A stretch of DNA of 57,831 nt from Chara braunii (GCA_003427395.1 BFEA01000016.1:4898128-4955958); one strand, 5' to 3'. Positions 24,600 to 36,367 are shown, counted from the first letter of the stretch. Program-made: numbers and translations. The notes: generated from the sequence alone by a model not told the origin.

Positions 24600-27560
24600 G
24601 AGCGACAGCAGTAGCTGCACAAGAAGAAGAAGGCGAGGAGGAGGAGGAGGGAGGAAGGAGTGGAGATGAGGGCAGGTGTGGGTGGGTGACCTGTGAGGCA
24701 AGCTGGGATCGGGGGAGGAGACGGGTCGCATCGAACCACAAGTCGGGCATGTTTAGAATCGGAGTTGGGATGTGGCGACAAGAAGAAGAAGGAGAGGATG
24801 AGGAAGAAGAAGGAGAGCAAGGAGAGAAAGACGAGGGAGAAGAAGAAGAAGCAGAGGACGAAGAAGAAGAAGAAGAAGAAGAAGAAGACGAAGAAGAATA
24901 GTGGAAACAGTGGCCAACTGCCTTTCGTACACGCATCGAAAGCCCATTTCAATACAAAGCCGCGCATACTCGTCTCAGCTCACGCGCACAATCCCCGACG
25001 CGTTTCGATCGGTTGCGCTCCGATCATCCGCAGGGGGCTTTCCACATAACCCTCGCCTTGCGGCCCGCCGACAAACCTCCCTACCTTCTGAGAACTGAGG
25101 GCCGATCAGGCCTTGCCTTCCTATATGCTGTACGCCAAGTAGAACGCTTCGCCAGCACGGTACTCACTCACCTAACGGGCACTTCCACCAAAAAGAACAA
25201 GGAGAGGAGGAGGAAGAAGACGAAGAAGGGAAAGAAGAGAAGAAAAAGATATAGGAAGTGCGAGAGCGAGGAGAGTGAGTCTTGTCTTGCGACCTGGCAG
25301 ATCCGTTAGGATCGGACGGCGTCGAAGAAGGGTTTCCACGTGGCACGTTTGTCGGAATCAGAGTTCATAAAATGCTCGGTGAGCGCACTTGGCTGGCAAG
25401 CCGGGATGGGAGTGGTGTGGGTGCCTACAGGATTTTGAAGAAGAAGAAGAAGAAGAAGAAGAAGAAGACGAAGAAGACGAAGAAGAAGAAGAAGAAGAAG
25501 AAGAAGAAGACGAAGAAGACGACGGCGACGAAGAAGAAGAAGAAGAGACGACGACGACGACGACGACGACGAAGAAGAAGAAGAAGAAGAAGAAGAAGAA
25601 GAAGGGAGGGTCCTCGCTCACGCAAGCCGGAAGCCTTAGTTAGGGCAGCAGTGGGGATAGCCTAGAGGTTCGTCGCAGCTCTTGGCCGCATGTCGGAATC
25701 GCAGTTAAGGCACGCACGTGGCACAGATGGTGCGCACATTGAGGTACGCGGAGTGGAGTCGGGGAAGAGGCTAGGAGAAGGCTGAGTAGAAGGAGGAGGA
25801 AGAGACGAATGGGGAAAAAGAACCAGGAGCTAGTGCCAGGTAGGCGGAAGTGGGTGTGGAGGGGGTTGCCTCCCACCACGTAGCACGCGTTCATGATGGC
25901 AGATGGCGGACACGTCGGGATCGGAACGGAATGGGATCGAAAAGATGCTGAAGAGGATGATGAAGGTCAACCAAGACGGAGAAGAAGAAAGAAAGCAAGA
26001 AGGGCGAGGAGAGGAGGAGGAGGAGGAGGAGGAGGAGGAGGAGGAGGAGGAGGGAGAAGGGAAAAGGGGGTATGAGATAGAAGGGTCCCGTTGTGCGGCG
26101 TGACAGGCCCCCCCCCTCAGGAGGGTGGGGAAGGGGAGAGGGGGCCACGGGGGGACGGAAACGAGCAGAGGTAAGAGGTGAAAGGGTTTCGCAGTGCGAC
26201 GTGGCAGACCCGGAGGACGTGAGGGAGCAGTCAAGAAGAGGAGGAAAAGAGCGGGAACGGCAGAGGAATACCAAGAGAAGGGGGGCAAGGACGAGGAGGA
26301 GAGGAAGAAAGATGAGAGGAGGAAGGAGGAAAAGAAATGGGAGGTAAGGCGGCCAAGGATTTCATAGTATGACGGTCGAGGCTAGAAGAGGTTTCATTAA
26401 GCCACGTGGCTTGCATAGTGCGTTACGTGTCAGGATGGATAGAGTACGTGTCAGGATGGATAGAGTACATGTCAGGATGGATAGAGTACGTGTCAAGATG
26501 GATAGAGTGCAAAATTCATTCGAGAAGGAAGGAGAAAAAGGAGAAGAAGAAGAAGGAGAAGAAGGAGAAGAAGAAGGAGAAGAAGAAGGAGAAGAAGGAG
26601 AAGGAGAAGAAGAAGAGAAGAAGATTGGCCGAGTAGTGGGATTTTCTAGTGGAAGAGGATTAAGATAGGCGTAGTAGGATGAGTACTAGTGGAAGAAGAA
26701 GAAGAAGAAGGAGGAGAAATTGAAGGAGAAGGAGAAAAAGGAGGAGGAGAAGAGAAGAAGAAGAAGATAGGCGGAGTAGTGGGATTTTCTAGTGGAAGGG
26801 GAATTAGATAGGCATAGTAGGATGAGTACTAGTGGAAGAAGAAGAAGGATAAGAATTGCATTTTTCGTCCATGATTCGATCTCAAGAATCCGAGAGGCGA
26901 CCTCCCTCATGGGAGTTGCACGCTCAACCAAACGGCTTAAGCGGACTGGGGTGAAAGTTAAGGCCCGATATTGGTATTTAACGCCACCCCAGCACGGTTT
27001 TCCGCGTCCCGGTGTACCCAGTCACACTCACACCTGACCCGCCCGACCACACAGGCCTGTCGACGAAGCCACCAGTCTAATGTGTCTCCTCGTTGCCGGT
27101 TACTGCGCTAAGCAAGAATTGCAAGAAGAAGAAGAAGAAGAAGAAGAAGAAGAAGAAGAATATAGGCGTAGTAGTAAAATTTTCTAGTGGAAGAGGAAGA
27201 AGATAGGCGCACTAGTAGGATTAGTACTACTACTGGTAGTAACGGCAGTAGTAGAAGCAGGAGAAGAAGAAGAAGAAGAATATAGGCGTAGTAGTAAAAT
27301 TTTCTAGTGGAAGAGGAAGAAGATAGGCGCACTAGTAGGATTAGTACTAGTGGTAGTAGTAGTAGTAGTAGTAGTAGTAGCTACTACTACTACTACTACT
27401 ACTAGTAGCGGCAGTAGTAAAAGCAGCAGGAGAAGAAGAAGAAGAACAAGAAGATAGGCGTAATAGTAGGATTTTCTTGTGGAAGAGGAAGAAAATAGGC
27501 GTGGTAGTAGTAGTAGTAGTAGTAGTAGTAGTTGTGGTAATAGTGGTAGTAGTAGTGAGC
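24600..27560. repeat. Purine-rich low-complexity domain of (GAA)n, (GAG)n, (GAC)n and (TAG)n with modular repeats
   Basis: Trinucleotide tracts. Recurrent ATAGGCGTAGTAG...TTTTCTAGTGGAAGAGGA unit at 26630-27500. 21 bp tandem x4 at ~26425-26508. Confidence 0.9.
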
Positions 27561-28725
27561 AAAAGGCTGTCGCGTCCTTTGAAAGCGACGTGAGGATGGA
27601 AGTAGGAGAGTAGAAGGGGGCGACGGATCGGATTGTTTTCTTCCCTTCCCGCCTTCCGCGCAACTCCTTAACCTCGGGGAAAATATATTCTGTCTTTTTC
27701 GTTTCCTCGTTAGTAAAAGTGGTAGCTAATCAACGGTAATTGATCAATCAATGAATAATTAATGAAGAAAATTGATGATCATCATCATATAATGAAGTTA
27801 ATCAATGAATGTGCAGAAAGCAACCCCCCCCCCCCCCCCCCCCCCCCCGGGGAATCGATCCGTCCGTTGATTTGAGTGATGGATGATGGAGCGAGTGATC
27901 CAGGGCGGGAACAGCAGCTCAACGTGACACGCAGGCAGGGTAAACAACGAATAATCCGTCGATCAGGCAGGTAATCATCGGAATTATTCCAATCCAATCC
28001 AGTCAATCGTATGGCCAATTAGTCTGTTAGCTAATCAACCAATCTCAACTAATCAAGGCATTTATCTTCTGCGTGCCTGCATATCATATCGCACTCCTCC
28101 GCACTCCCCCCGTCCTTTCCCCCCCTTCCCCCCCCCCCCCCGCCCCACCGATCCCTCGACATTTGCTGTTTCCGCGCTGCGGAAAGTACTTGGCGAAATC
28201 CCGTCCAGATTCGTCCCCCATTCGCTCATCGGTCATCGTGGATTAATTAATCAGTCAATTTATCCGCATGTTTTCTGATTTTTATCATCTCATAAATCTC
28301 ATAAATCCTTGTGAAATTACGGTGGATCTCCCCAGTCGCGCTCATCATGGCCGAAAATTATCGTCAGTCAGTCGGTCGATCAATCAATCAATCAATCAAT
28401 CAAATAATCAATCAATCAAATTAACAGCTTATATCCGCATAAAATTTATTGTTGAAGTGCACAACTATGGTTCGTCTCGCCGGGCGTCCATCATGGACGA
28501 ATTAATCGGTCCGTCACTCCAGCAGTCGATCACTCCATCAATCCACGTGGCAATGAGTCAATCAGTCTGTGACATTATATCCGCGCATAAAATTACGGTG
28601 GATATACTGCGAATAAAAGCAGGTGTGATCCAAAAAAAAAAAAAAAAAAAAAAAAGCAGGTGTGATCTTCAACGTTTTTAGTCAGTTCTTGCGTTTTTGG
28701 CGGTGATATGAGCATCCCCCCCTAC

Positions 28726-28834
28726 AACCGGCTTCCCCGGAACACAACGCACCCTGGTAACGAGTGTACACAAGCCAGATTTCCGGTCAGGTACTGCCAA
28801 AATGAGGGTGCGTTGTGTTCGGCGGAAGACGGTA
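28726..28834. mobile_element. Same mariner-like MITE family (another fragment at 9271-9305)
   Basis: Hairpin with matching TIRs and the shared core ACAAGCCAGATTTCCGGTCAGGTACTGCCAAAATG. Confidence 0.7.
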
Positions 28835-29394
28835 GGGTACCCCAGGCTAGTCCATCTATTGATGGGGCGCTGCACCAGCCGGAAAACGGGTCCAGCGTCC
28901 CATTGAATGCATCAATTGGGGTGATAGTTTATGAATGAACGAGGATATGATGATGAACCACCTGTGCCTCTTCTGAAGTCCAGTTTGTCGTTTTTTTTTG
29001 TTTTTTTTTTTCCCTTTTCTAAGTCGAGTTTGTTGTTTTTTATTTTTTTTATTTGAAGGTGGAGGAATCAGCCCTAGCGTCGCGGCAAGGAAGAGGTACA
29101 GGGGAGGCATGGATGGGGCGCGCAGATCCTAGAGACCGCTGAAGTGCACAGGATAATCCGAGGATTGTTTTTTTTGTGGTAATAATATTGAGGAGGAGGA
29201 GGAGGAGGAGGAGGACGGGGCTCCAACAGAGTGAGAAATTGTAGGGAAAGTGGGAGAGAGGAGCGGAGGGGAGCGGAGGGGAGGGGAGGGGAGGGGAGGG
29301 TAGAGAGGGGGGGAAGGTTTGTGAGGGAAGAGCGCGGAGGGGCGGGAAAGTTTTTGGATACGGGGCTCCGATAGAGTGAGAAATTCCAATTCTA

Positions 29395-29571
29395 TCCCTC
29401 CGCGCTCTTCCCTCCCAAACCACCCCTCCGCCCGCGCTCTTCCCTCCCAAACCATCCCTCCCCCCGCGCTCTTCCCTCCTCGCAAACCACCCCTCCCTCC
29501 GCGCTCTTCCCTCCCAAACCACCCCTACCCCCGCGCTCTTCCCTCCCAAACCACCCCTACCCCCGCGCTCT
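29395..29571. repeat. ~30 bp GC-rich minisatellite directly upstream of the BBR ORF
   Basis: CCGCGCTCTTCCCTCCCAAACCACCCCT about six times, plus one inverted copy at ~29315-29340. Confidence 0.9.
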
Positions 29572-29588
29572 TGCTAAAGGGGTAAAAG

Positions 29589-30317
29589 ATGAATTGCTGT
29601 GGAGAGTGGAAAGAGGGGAAAGGGAAGGACCAGGGCGATCGGAGAGGACACGTGGCTGATTGGGGGGGAGGTTTTGGGATGGTGTCGGAGGATAATACTA
29701 GTAATGTGGGGATAAGAAGAGTGGGTGAGGTGGGAGGGATGGATGATCCACGTGTCATAGCGAAGAAGCTGCAGGCGGGTCCCGATCTTGCGCCAGGTGT
29801 GGCGGTGGTAGCAGGTCCGGATCGCGACGGCGCGCGGGGGGCCGCTGGATGTCAGGGGCTTCTGGCAACGGACACGTCATCAGCGCTACCTCAGATCTGT
29901 AACGACGGTCTCCGCGTTGATGACAATCATGATGGCGGCTATCCTGATGAGAATGAGGATGACAGTGGGGGGGGAGCCTTCCTGAAGGCGGCGGCGGCGC
30001 AATGCGCAAGCGGGGGAGACGCTGACATGGCAAGAAGTGACGAGTCTGAAGGGACGGCGGGAATGGAAAAAGGGGAAGAGATGGACAAGGAGAATAGGGA
30101 AGTGGAGAAGATCAGCATCCCCCCCTCGGAGGAGATGGCCAGACCCCCGATGTCATCGACGGTCTCGATATCCCCCCTTGCGGAAACCCCCGCGGGCGCG
30201 AACGTAGCGGACGGCGGCTTTCGGGGATTCGATCTCGCGCGACCCGTACGGCAGTCATTCTCTCAGGCGAGCGGAGTGGACGCGGATCTTCTCTTAGCGC
30301 GTGTGCTGCAGGAGCAG
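29589..30317 (+). CDS. BBR: BIG BROTHER-related RING-H2 E3 ubiquitin ligase, exon 1 (start codon uncertain: 29589, 29679 or 29739)
   Basis: ORF ends ...SFSQASGVDADLLLARVLQEQ, then donor CAG|GTGAGC at 30317/30318, phase 0. It joins ERAY in exon 2 to give the QEQERAY motif of plant BBR proteins. Confidence 0.8.
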
Positions 30318-30395
30318 GTGAGCGCCCAATCGGGGGTTCGTTTTTTATGTGACAATACAGTATGTGTGTATATATATATGTATGTATGTAATATA

Positions 30396-30443
30396 CAGCC
30401 TCCTGATGAGTCGGTCGGTGAAACTCCGACGAGACAGTTTGTC
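30396..30443 (+). ncRNA. 5'-truncated, degenerate copy of the type III hammerhead
   Basis: CAGCCUC-CUGAUGA-GUCGG...CCGAC-GAGA-CAGUUUGU. Lacks the 5' strands of stems III and I, and GAAA is changed to GAGA. Confidence 0.7.
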
Positions 30444-30955
30444 ACAGCGCGTTGTTTGGTGTCCTCTTCTCCCTTTCTCCCTCTCTGCTTACGGTTTTCC
30501 GGGCAGCTCTGGTTGACTACATATATATGCGCTCTGATATTTTTGTGACAATATATATACCACGATACCACGACTTCGCTAGCACCCTGCTACGGTTTTC
30601 TCCGGTCAGCGGCAGTAGTCGGGGCCGTCACTACGCGGCCATGCTGTGCCTCTACTGCCAGCTGCGTGTCTGGAGTGTATATTTTGGCTGTGACAGACCT
30701 TCCTTCGTTTCGTGGGTGTTTTGCTGGCTTGTGATGGGGTGTGAACCGACCGACAGTCTGTAGAGTTTTCCTTCTGGTGGGGGTGAGTGATAGTCTGCTT
30801 TGATTTTCGTCACAGGTACCTGACCTTGAGGGCAGTGGTTGGTGGTCCCCACCACCTCAGAGGTGTATCAGTTGTCGGGCAGTCGTTGATGCTTAACCAC
30901 AGCCGGGGTTAAGGTGGATTATCACTTACAGTGTAATCAGTTATTAGGGGATTCT

Positions 30956-31019
30956 GCAGACTGTCGAGGGTTCAGCCTCCTGACGAGTCAGTTGGTGAAA
31001 CTCCGACGAAACAGTCTGC
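30956..31019 (+). ncRNA. Type III hammerhead ribozyme, intact core
   Basis: Stem III GCAGACUGU/ACAGUCUGC (9 bp). GUC cleavage triplet, cut after 30965. Stem I GAGG/CCUC, core CUGACGA (30980-30986), stem II GUC/GAC, then GAAA (31008-31011). Confidence 0.85.
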
Positions 31020-31416
31020 CATAGCCCCTCGTTTTGTTGTCCTCTTCTCCTTCTCCCTCCCTCTCTGCCTACGGTTTACCGGGCAGATCTGTTTGACGAT
31101 ATGTGACAAATTGTTTCTGTCGGAGATGGAGAATATATGACGATATATATATACATGTATTTATATATTTTATATAATACATAATTGTATGTGACGATAG
31201 ATAAACAAAATTATTTTTATGTAACATTAGCTATAACATGGATGGATCGGCATGGCGAGTCGGCGAGTCCTCTGCAGAGCGATTATAAATGCATTTTTTT
31301 TTGGCGTATATTTGTTATATATTTGGGCGTCGCATATTTTCCTTTCATTTTGGAATTGTTCTTTACGCAAGTGTCGTCTCCTTGCGTTTCTCTTTTTTTT
31401 TTTTTTGTCTTAAAAA

Positions 31417-31743
31417 CAGATTAGTACCGCGGTTGATTGTTGCAGACGTGGCCTCTAATCGAGTGGCAAGAACTGAATATTTTTCTTGATTGTTGCAGAC
31501 GTGGCCTCTAATGGAGTCGCAAGAACTGAATATTTTTCTTTTGTCTTTCAAACATACCAGTACTTTTTCGACATGTCGCACGTGTAGACCGACGCCATTC
31601 CTTGTGCGCTAATGGAGCCGTGCCCCAGCAAACTGTATGCCGTGCGCTTGCCCTTTTTTTTTTTTTTTTTTTTTTTTAATAAATCAGTTCTTGCCACCCC
31701 TCGATTAGAGGCCACGTTTGCAGCAATCAACCTTTGTAATCTG
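31417..31743. repeat. Foldback element with ~60 bp inverted termini
   Basis: GGTTGATTGTTGCAGACGTGGCCTCTAATCGAG...CTCGATTAGAGGCCACGTTTGCAGCAATCAACC; the left arm is tandemly duplicated. Confidence 0.7.
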
Positions 31744-32764
31744 ATCTTTTTTCTTTTCTTTTTCTTTTTCTTTGTTACCATCAGTAAGTATCCTTTTACA
31801 AAAAAAAAAAGAAAAACAAAACATAGAGGAGAGGAGCGAGGAGAGGAGAGGGGAGAGGAGAGGAGAGGAGTGGCCCGGAATGCCGTTAGTGGCCGTCGAT
31901 CACCGTTTAATGCCCCGTTTCTTTTCTTCCGTTTTCAAAGCAAGAATCGTTTGTGTCAAGGTTCTGTCCCATAGATTATATATAGGTACGTATTGAGGAA
32001 GTGCCGTTAGCTGCCGTTGATCTATGGGACAGAAGTGCCGTTAACGGCCGTTGATCTATGGGACAGAAGTGCCGTTAGCGGCCGTTGATCACCGTTTAAT
32101 GACCCTTTTGCTCTTCGTGCACGATACGAGTGAGGAGGCGGTGGTAATGTCGGTGCGCTTTCGGAGGCTTCAGAGGATCCACGTGTCCGCTTTTCGCTTG
32201 CCGACCAATGCTCTCTGTTGGCGTTTATATGTATTCGCGATCCCTATTGGTGGGCGAGACAGCGGCTGATTGAGCGGCCACTGCAGCGTGTTTTTTTTTT
32301 TTTTTTGAAGCTATACTCTTCTCTCAATTTCACCTCACACTACCTACCTACCACTACTACTAATTGGAGGCAGGTTGCCTAGGAGCGCTGTCTCATTGGC
32401 CGCCCACACGGACTACAGCCTTTAGGGCGAGATCCCACTGGCAAAGAGGATTGTAGCAAGTGTCTGAATGTGGACGTGTTTGTCTACAGGTGCAAAAATT
32501 TGTGATCGATCTACTTTCTGCATCTCTGTGTGGAACACGTCCAGATTCAGACTCTTAGCTACTGATCCGACAGTACTTCAAACGTAAGAGAACCTAAAAG
32601 AAACAGAAAAGTCGGAGCCGGACCGTGAGGCTCGTGAAACAAAAACGGGACCCCACAGTACCGCTGAAGAAGGAGGTATGACGACAGCACCGCCGCTTTT
32701 GTGTGCCCGCCCGTGGTTCCTGCGAATTCCAAGAAGTCGAAGAGGTCCACTGGGGGGCATCAAA

Positions 32765-33214
32765 GGGCCTCGTTCCACACCACTCCACTTCAATTTCAAG
32801 TGTGGCACTTGAGCTGCGTCACAGGGTAATCGTCATTAAAAAACACTTGAGCCTGGCACGGTTCGACGGTACACTCCACTCCACACTCGAAACAGGAGCG
32901 GGAAAGTGGCAGAGGCTGTTGGCGCGAGGGAAGGGGGGATGTAAAACAAAAAAAAGAAAAAACCGGGGGAACGTGCAGCGCCTACAACCGCCTCCTGGCT
33001 CTTGAAGTGCGGCTCAAGTGTGCCCGGAGAGGTGACTTGAAAAAATCACCTATTCGCCTGGGCGGCACTTGAGCCGCACTTTACGTTTTTGGTGGGCGCC
33101 GAGAGAGTGGGGAAGCCTAATCGCGATTAGGGAAGGTGAAACTCAAGTGCAGTGCAGTGTGGAACGAGGAATTTCTCAAGTATTTCTAAAGTGGAGTGGT
33201 GTGGAACGAGGCCC
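32765..33214. mobile_element. 450 bp Tourist-like MITE
   Basis: 26 bp perfect TIR GGGCCTCGTTCCACACCACTCCACTT with AAA TSD. Ends are related to the 120 bp family and to 36093-36236. Confidence 0.8.
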
Positions 33215-33698
33215 AAAGACATGGGCCCGGTGTGGCTTTTTGAAGGTTGTGCGGCCGGTACCGGGTGTGTGAACGGTAGGAAGTGCTGTTGGACCTGGAC
33301 ATCACAAAAAAAAGAAAGAAAAAAGAAAACGTTCTCTATCTTTTGCGTTGCAGAGACGGTGTGCGGCTCTTTTCCAAAAAGGTCCATTTTCTTGCGGATT
33401 CCATTCCGCGATGCGTGCCACGATACCCCAAACCCAAAATCCCTGTGACGGTGCCGGTGTCACCTGCGACCGTGGAAACAAGTCGCAGTTTGGGTGGGCA
33501 CGTCGTAGTTTGGGTGTATCAGCCCTGTGGGGATTTTGTCAGAATCCAAAAGTAAAATAAGGAAGGAAAAAACAAAGAAACGAATCTCAAAGAAGGGAAA
33601 AAAAAAGGAACGTGAATTTGGCACTGAAATTAGGCGCTGATCCGACAATATGTGAAAAGAGAAAAAACAAGAAAGCCCCTTGGAAAAAGATGAACACG

Positions 33699-33825
33699 GG
33701 TAGTGCGGGGCGGAAAAGCAAACTGGGACCCCACACAGGTGGGTAGTGCGGGGCAGAAAAGCAAACTGGGACCCCACACAGATGGGTAGTGCGGGGCGGA
33801 AAAGCAAACTGGGACCCACACAGGT
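33699..33825. repeat. ~42 bp tandem repeat x3
   Basis: Unit GGGTAGTGCGGGGCGGAAAAGCAAACTGGGACCCCACACAG. Confidence 0.9.
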
Positions 33826-34185
33826 GGGTTCCGCAGGTCCCAAAGTACCATGCCGGATTTTTTTGGGCTTCGGAGATGGACGTTCCTGTGGTCCGCCATA
33901 TGGCCTGGTCGTACAGTTCTCTGCTCCACGGACGGACATTGAAAAGGGCGACTCATGTTTGAGGCAGCTTTCTCGGTAGGGGTAGGGGCTCGACATTTCC
34001 ATTTTGTGTAGCGCCGTTGGGCCGTTCGTCACAGCCGACGTGCCGTGTACACATGAACGCGTACACATGAACCGAAAAGGTACCCCTAACAAAGCGCGAC
34101 GCCTGTGATTTCGGAAAGTGGTGGGATCCGCATTTCTCAATGAAATTGGCTAATGTACGCACTGTCGGATCGGATCAGAAGCTTA

Positions 34186-34307
34186 GGGCCCCGCTCCACT
34201 ACTCTCGACATGCACAAAAGACAAAACTCATAACGGTGTATCTTTCGATGTTCTAGCGGAAGACTCACTCTCGTTTTGCACATTTCGAGAGTAGTGGAGT
34301 GAGACCC
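34186..34307. mobile_element. ~120 bp PIF/Harbinger (Tourist-like) MITE
   Basis: TIRs GGGCCCCGCTCCACTACTCTCGA / TCGAGAGTAGTGGAGTGAGACCC, with TTA TSD. Confidence 0.85.
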
Positions 34308-35832
34308 TTAGTTAGATACATTTGTCTGTGTGCAAGTGTGAGAGTACGCCCTTAACGAGGGCTGTTCAGTAGATCACGGGATATGCCCTGCCTCGCTGGC
34401 AGGGGAATCTAAGAAAAATGGAAAAAAAACAAAAGCAGAAAAAAACGACATCCAGAATCTAACTGCAAGTGGGACCATGCTCCTGAAGTTAAACCGAAGG
34501 TAGTCAGTACTGAAGGGCTCGAACAAAGAAAAGCCTGTGTGGAGGGATTCCTGTGTCCCCTTTTTTTTTTTTTTTTTTTTTTTTGTCTCTTCTCATTACC
34601 ACAAGTGAAACTTGAGTGGTAATAAAATGAGCAGAGGTTTCTTGTATAAAAAAAAAAGAAGAATCATTCCCGCCGCACCATACATTCGACATCCTGATAG
34701 TGATCCTGTGCAATCATTTTTTTTTTTTCCTGTGCAGTTCCCCCCCCCCCCGGTGCAATCGTTTCTGCTGTCCGTTCAGCTCACCGACGAACATCCATCA
34801 GACAGGGCAGTCACTTCTGCTGGGGCCTCAGCCCACATGCACCGTGTAGTGCCTGAAAACTACACGGAGTGACAGCGGAGAGCGGGAAATGTACATCCGC
34901 AATATTGTCTGTGCCATGGTGCCACGCCATGTGTCAAGGTGGTCCCATCATTGTAAAAATCGTGCAGCAAGTGAGGGTGCGGTAGATCTTCGCAGGAGGC
35001 CGTATAGAGTGCTGCCTTTGATCTCCGCAGGCCAAAGAAAGGGCCGGCCCATGGAAAAACAAAAATCACCACACTCGGCCCAGAGGCATTTCCTGAGCAA
35101 TGATTCGAACCGCAAGTAGGCGAGAATCAGACTGTAAGTCTCTGGAAAAAAAAAAACAAAAAAAAACATGAGCTTTTCTGCAACGGCGGATTTGAACTCT
35201 CGCCTTTGTGATCCCTCTTCGCTTTCGGCCTCCCTGCACTACTCTTCACATGCAGAGAAGACAAAACAAGGCAGTGTATCTGTTCATGTTCCAGCGGAAG
35301 AGTCAGTATCGTTTTGCACATTCGGAGACTGAGAGATCCCACACGCCTCACTACAGTTACTGAGGTTCATACTCGACATACCAGAGGTAGGGGAGAAAAT
35401 CAGTAGTGTTCTTCAGCCTCAGTACGAGGCGATCTTGTCTGCACTACGGAGACTGACAGATTCACGGATCTGCGGTCTGGACCCACCACCGCCCCCATGT
35501 CCTATTTCGTGCCGTTTTCATAACTTTTCAGTCCATCGGACCAGACCCCGCCGTGTAGTTAGCCACCCTGCTTTTCAGAAGGTGGCTAACTACACGACCA
35601 ACTCACAAACGCTGCCTCCCCTCCTCGCACAAAACGAATGGGAAAATGACATGTATCAGTGGAAGAGGCGCACCATTTTTAAAACGCGCATCTTCGCCAT
35701 ATGCCGTCCGATCTGTGGCCTCTGGATGGCTATGGCCTGTCACACCCTGCGCACAAACTACACTACACGCTGCATGTGGGCCGAGGCCCCTGGAAAAGGA
35801 GGACTCAGTGAGTGAGGGGATGTTGCTACGAC

Positions 35833-36034
35833 TACCGTCTTTCCCCGAACATAACGCACCCTGATAATGAATGCACACAACCTATATTTCCGGTCAGGTG
35901 CAGCCAAAATGAGGACAATAGTTTGCCTTCCTCTGAACATAACGCACCTTGATAATGAATGTACACAACCTATGTTTTCTGGTCAGGTACAGCCAAAATG
36001 AGGGTGCGTTGTTGTGTTTGGGGGGAAGACGGTA
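35833..36034. mobile_element. Tc1/mariner (pogo/Tc2-like) MITE with an internal duplication
   Basis: TA-CCGTCTTTCCCCGAACATAACGCACCCT...AGGGTGCGTT...GGGGAAGACGG-TA. Confidence 0.7.
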
Positions 36035-36367
36035 GGACGAACTACCCCAGCAAGCTGCTTGTTGTTTTGCAAGATGGATATTGCTCACCGAGGGGCTTCG
36101 CTCCACTAAGCAACACTCTCCATGCATTTGGACGCTTTTTGGTGCCGATACCTTCCAAATGTTGGACTCGTACAAATGCACGCGGTCCAGATAACGTCCA
36201 AATGCACGTACAGTGTTGTGTAGTGCAGCGAGGCCCAAGGACTTTTGGGTCTTTTTTCCTGTTTTTGATATTGCGGGTCTTTTTTCCTTTTCCTGATCCG
36301 ATGCGGCGATTATCCCTGCAACGTCATGTAACTAATCGAAACAAAATAAATACGGAAGGGAGTCTGA

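Larger units (their letters stand above)
30396..31097 (+). mobile_element. Retrozyme-like non-coding retroelement with ~125 bp terminal direct repeats
   Basis: 30396-30517 is repeated at 30973-31097 (577 nt period) and both repeats carry hammerhead sequence. TA-rich flanks; no recognisable protein-coding ORF. Confidence 0.7.

Noticed and set aside
24062-27663. Poly-E, poly-K, poly-S and poly-F ORFs
   Set aside because: Products of trinucleotide tracts in all frames, with no splice or domain support.
31998-32100. ~33 bp repeats as a CRISPR array (also 33699-33825, 48520-48600 and 56735-56800)
   Set aside because: Head-to-tail tandem repeats without unique spacers, in a eukaryotic intron, with no cas genes.
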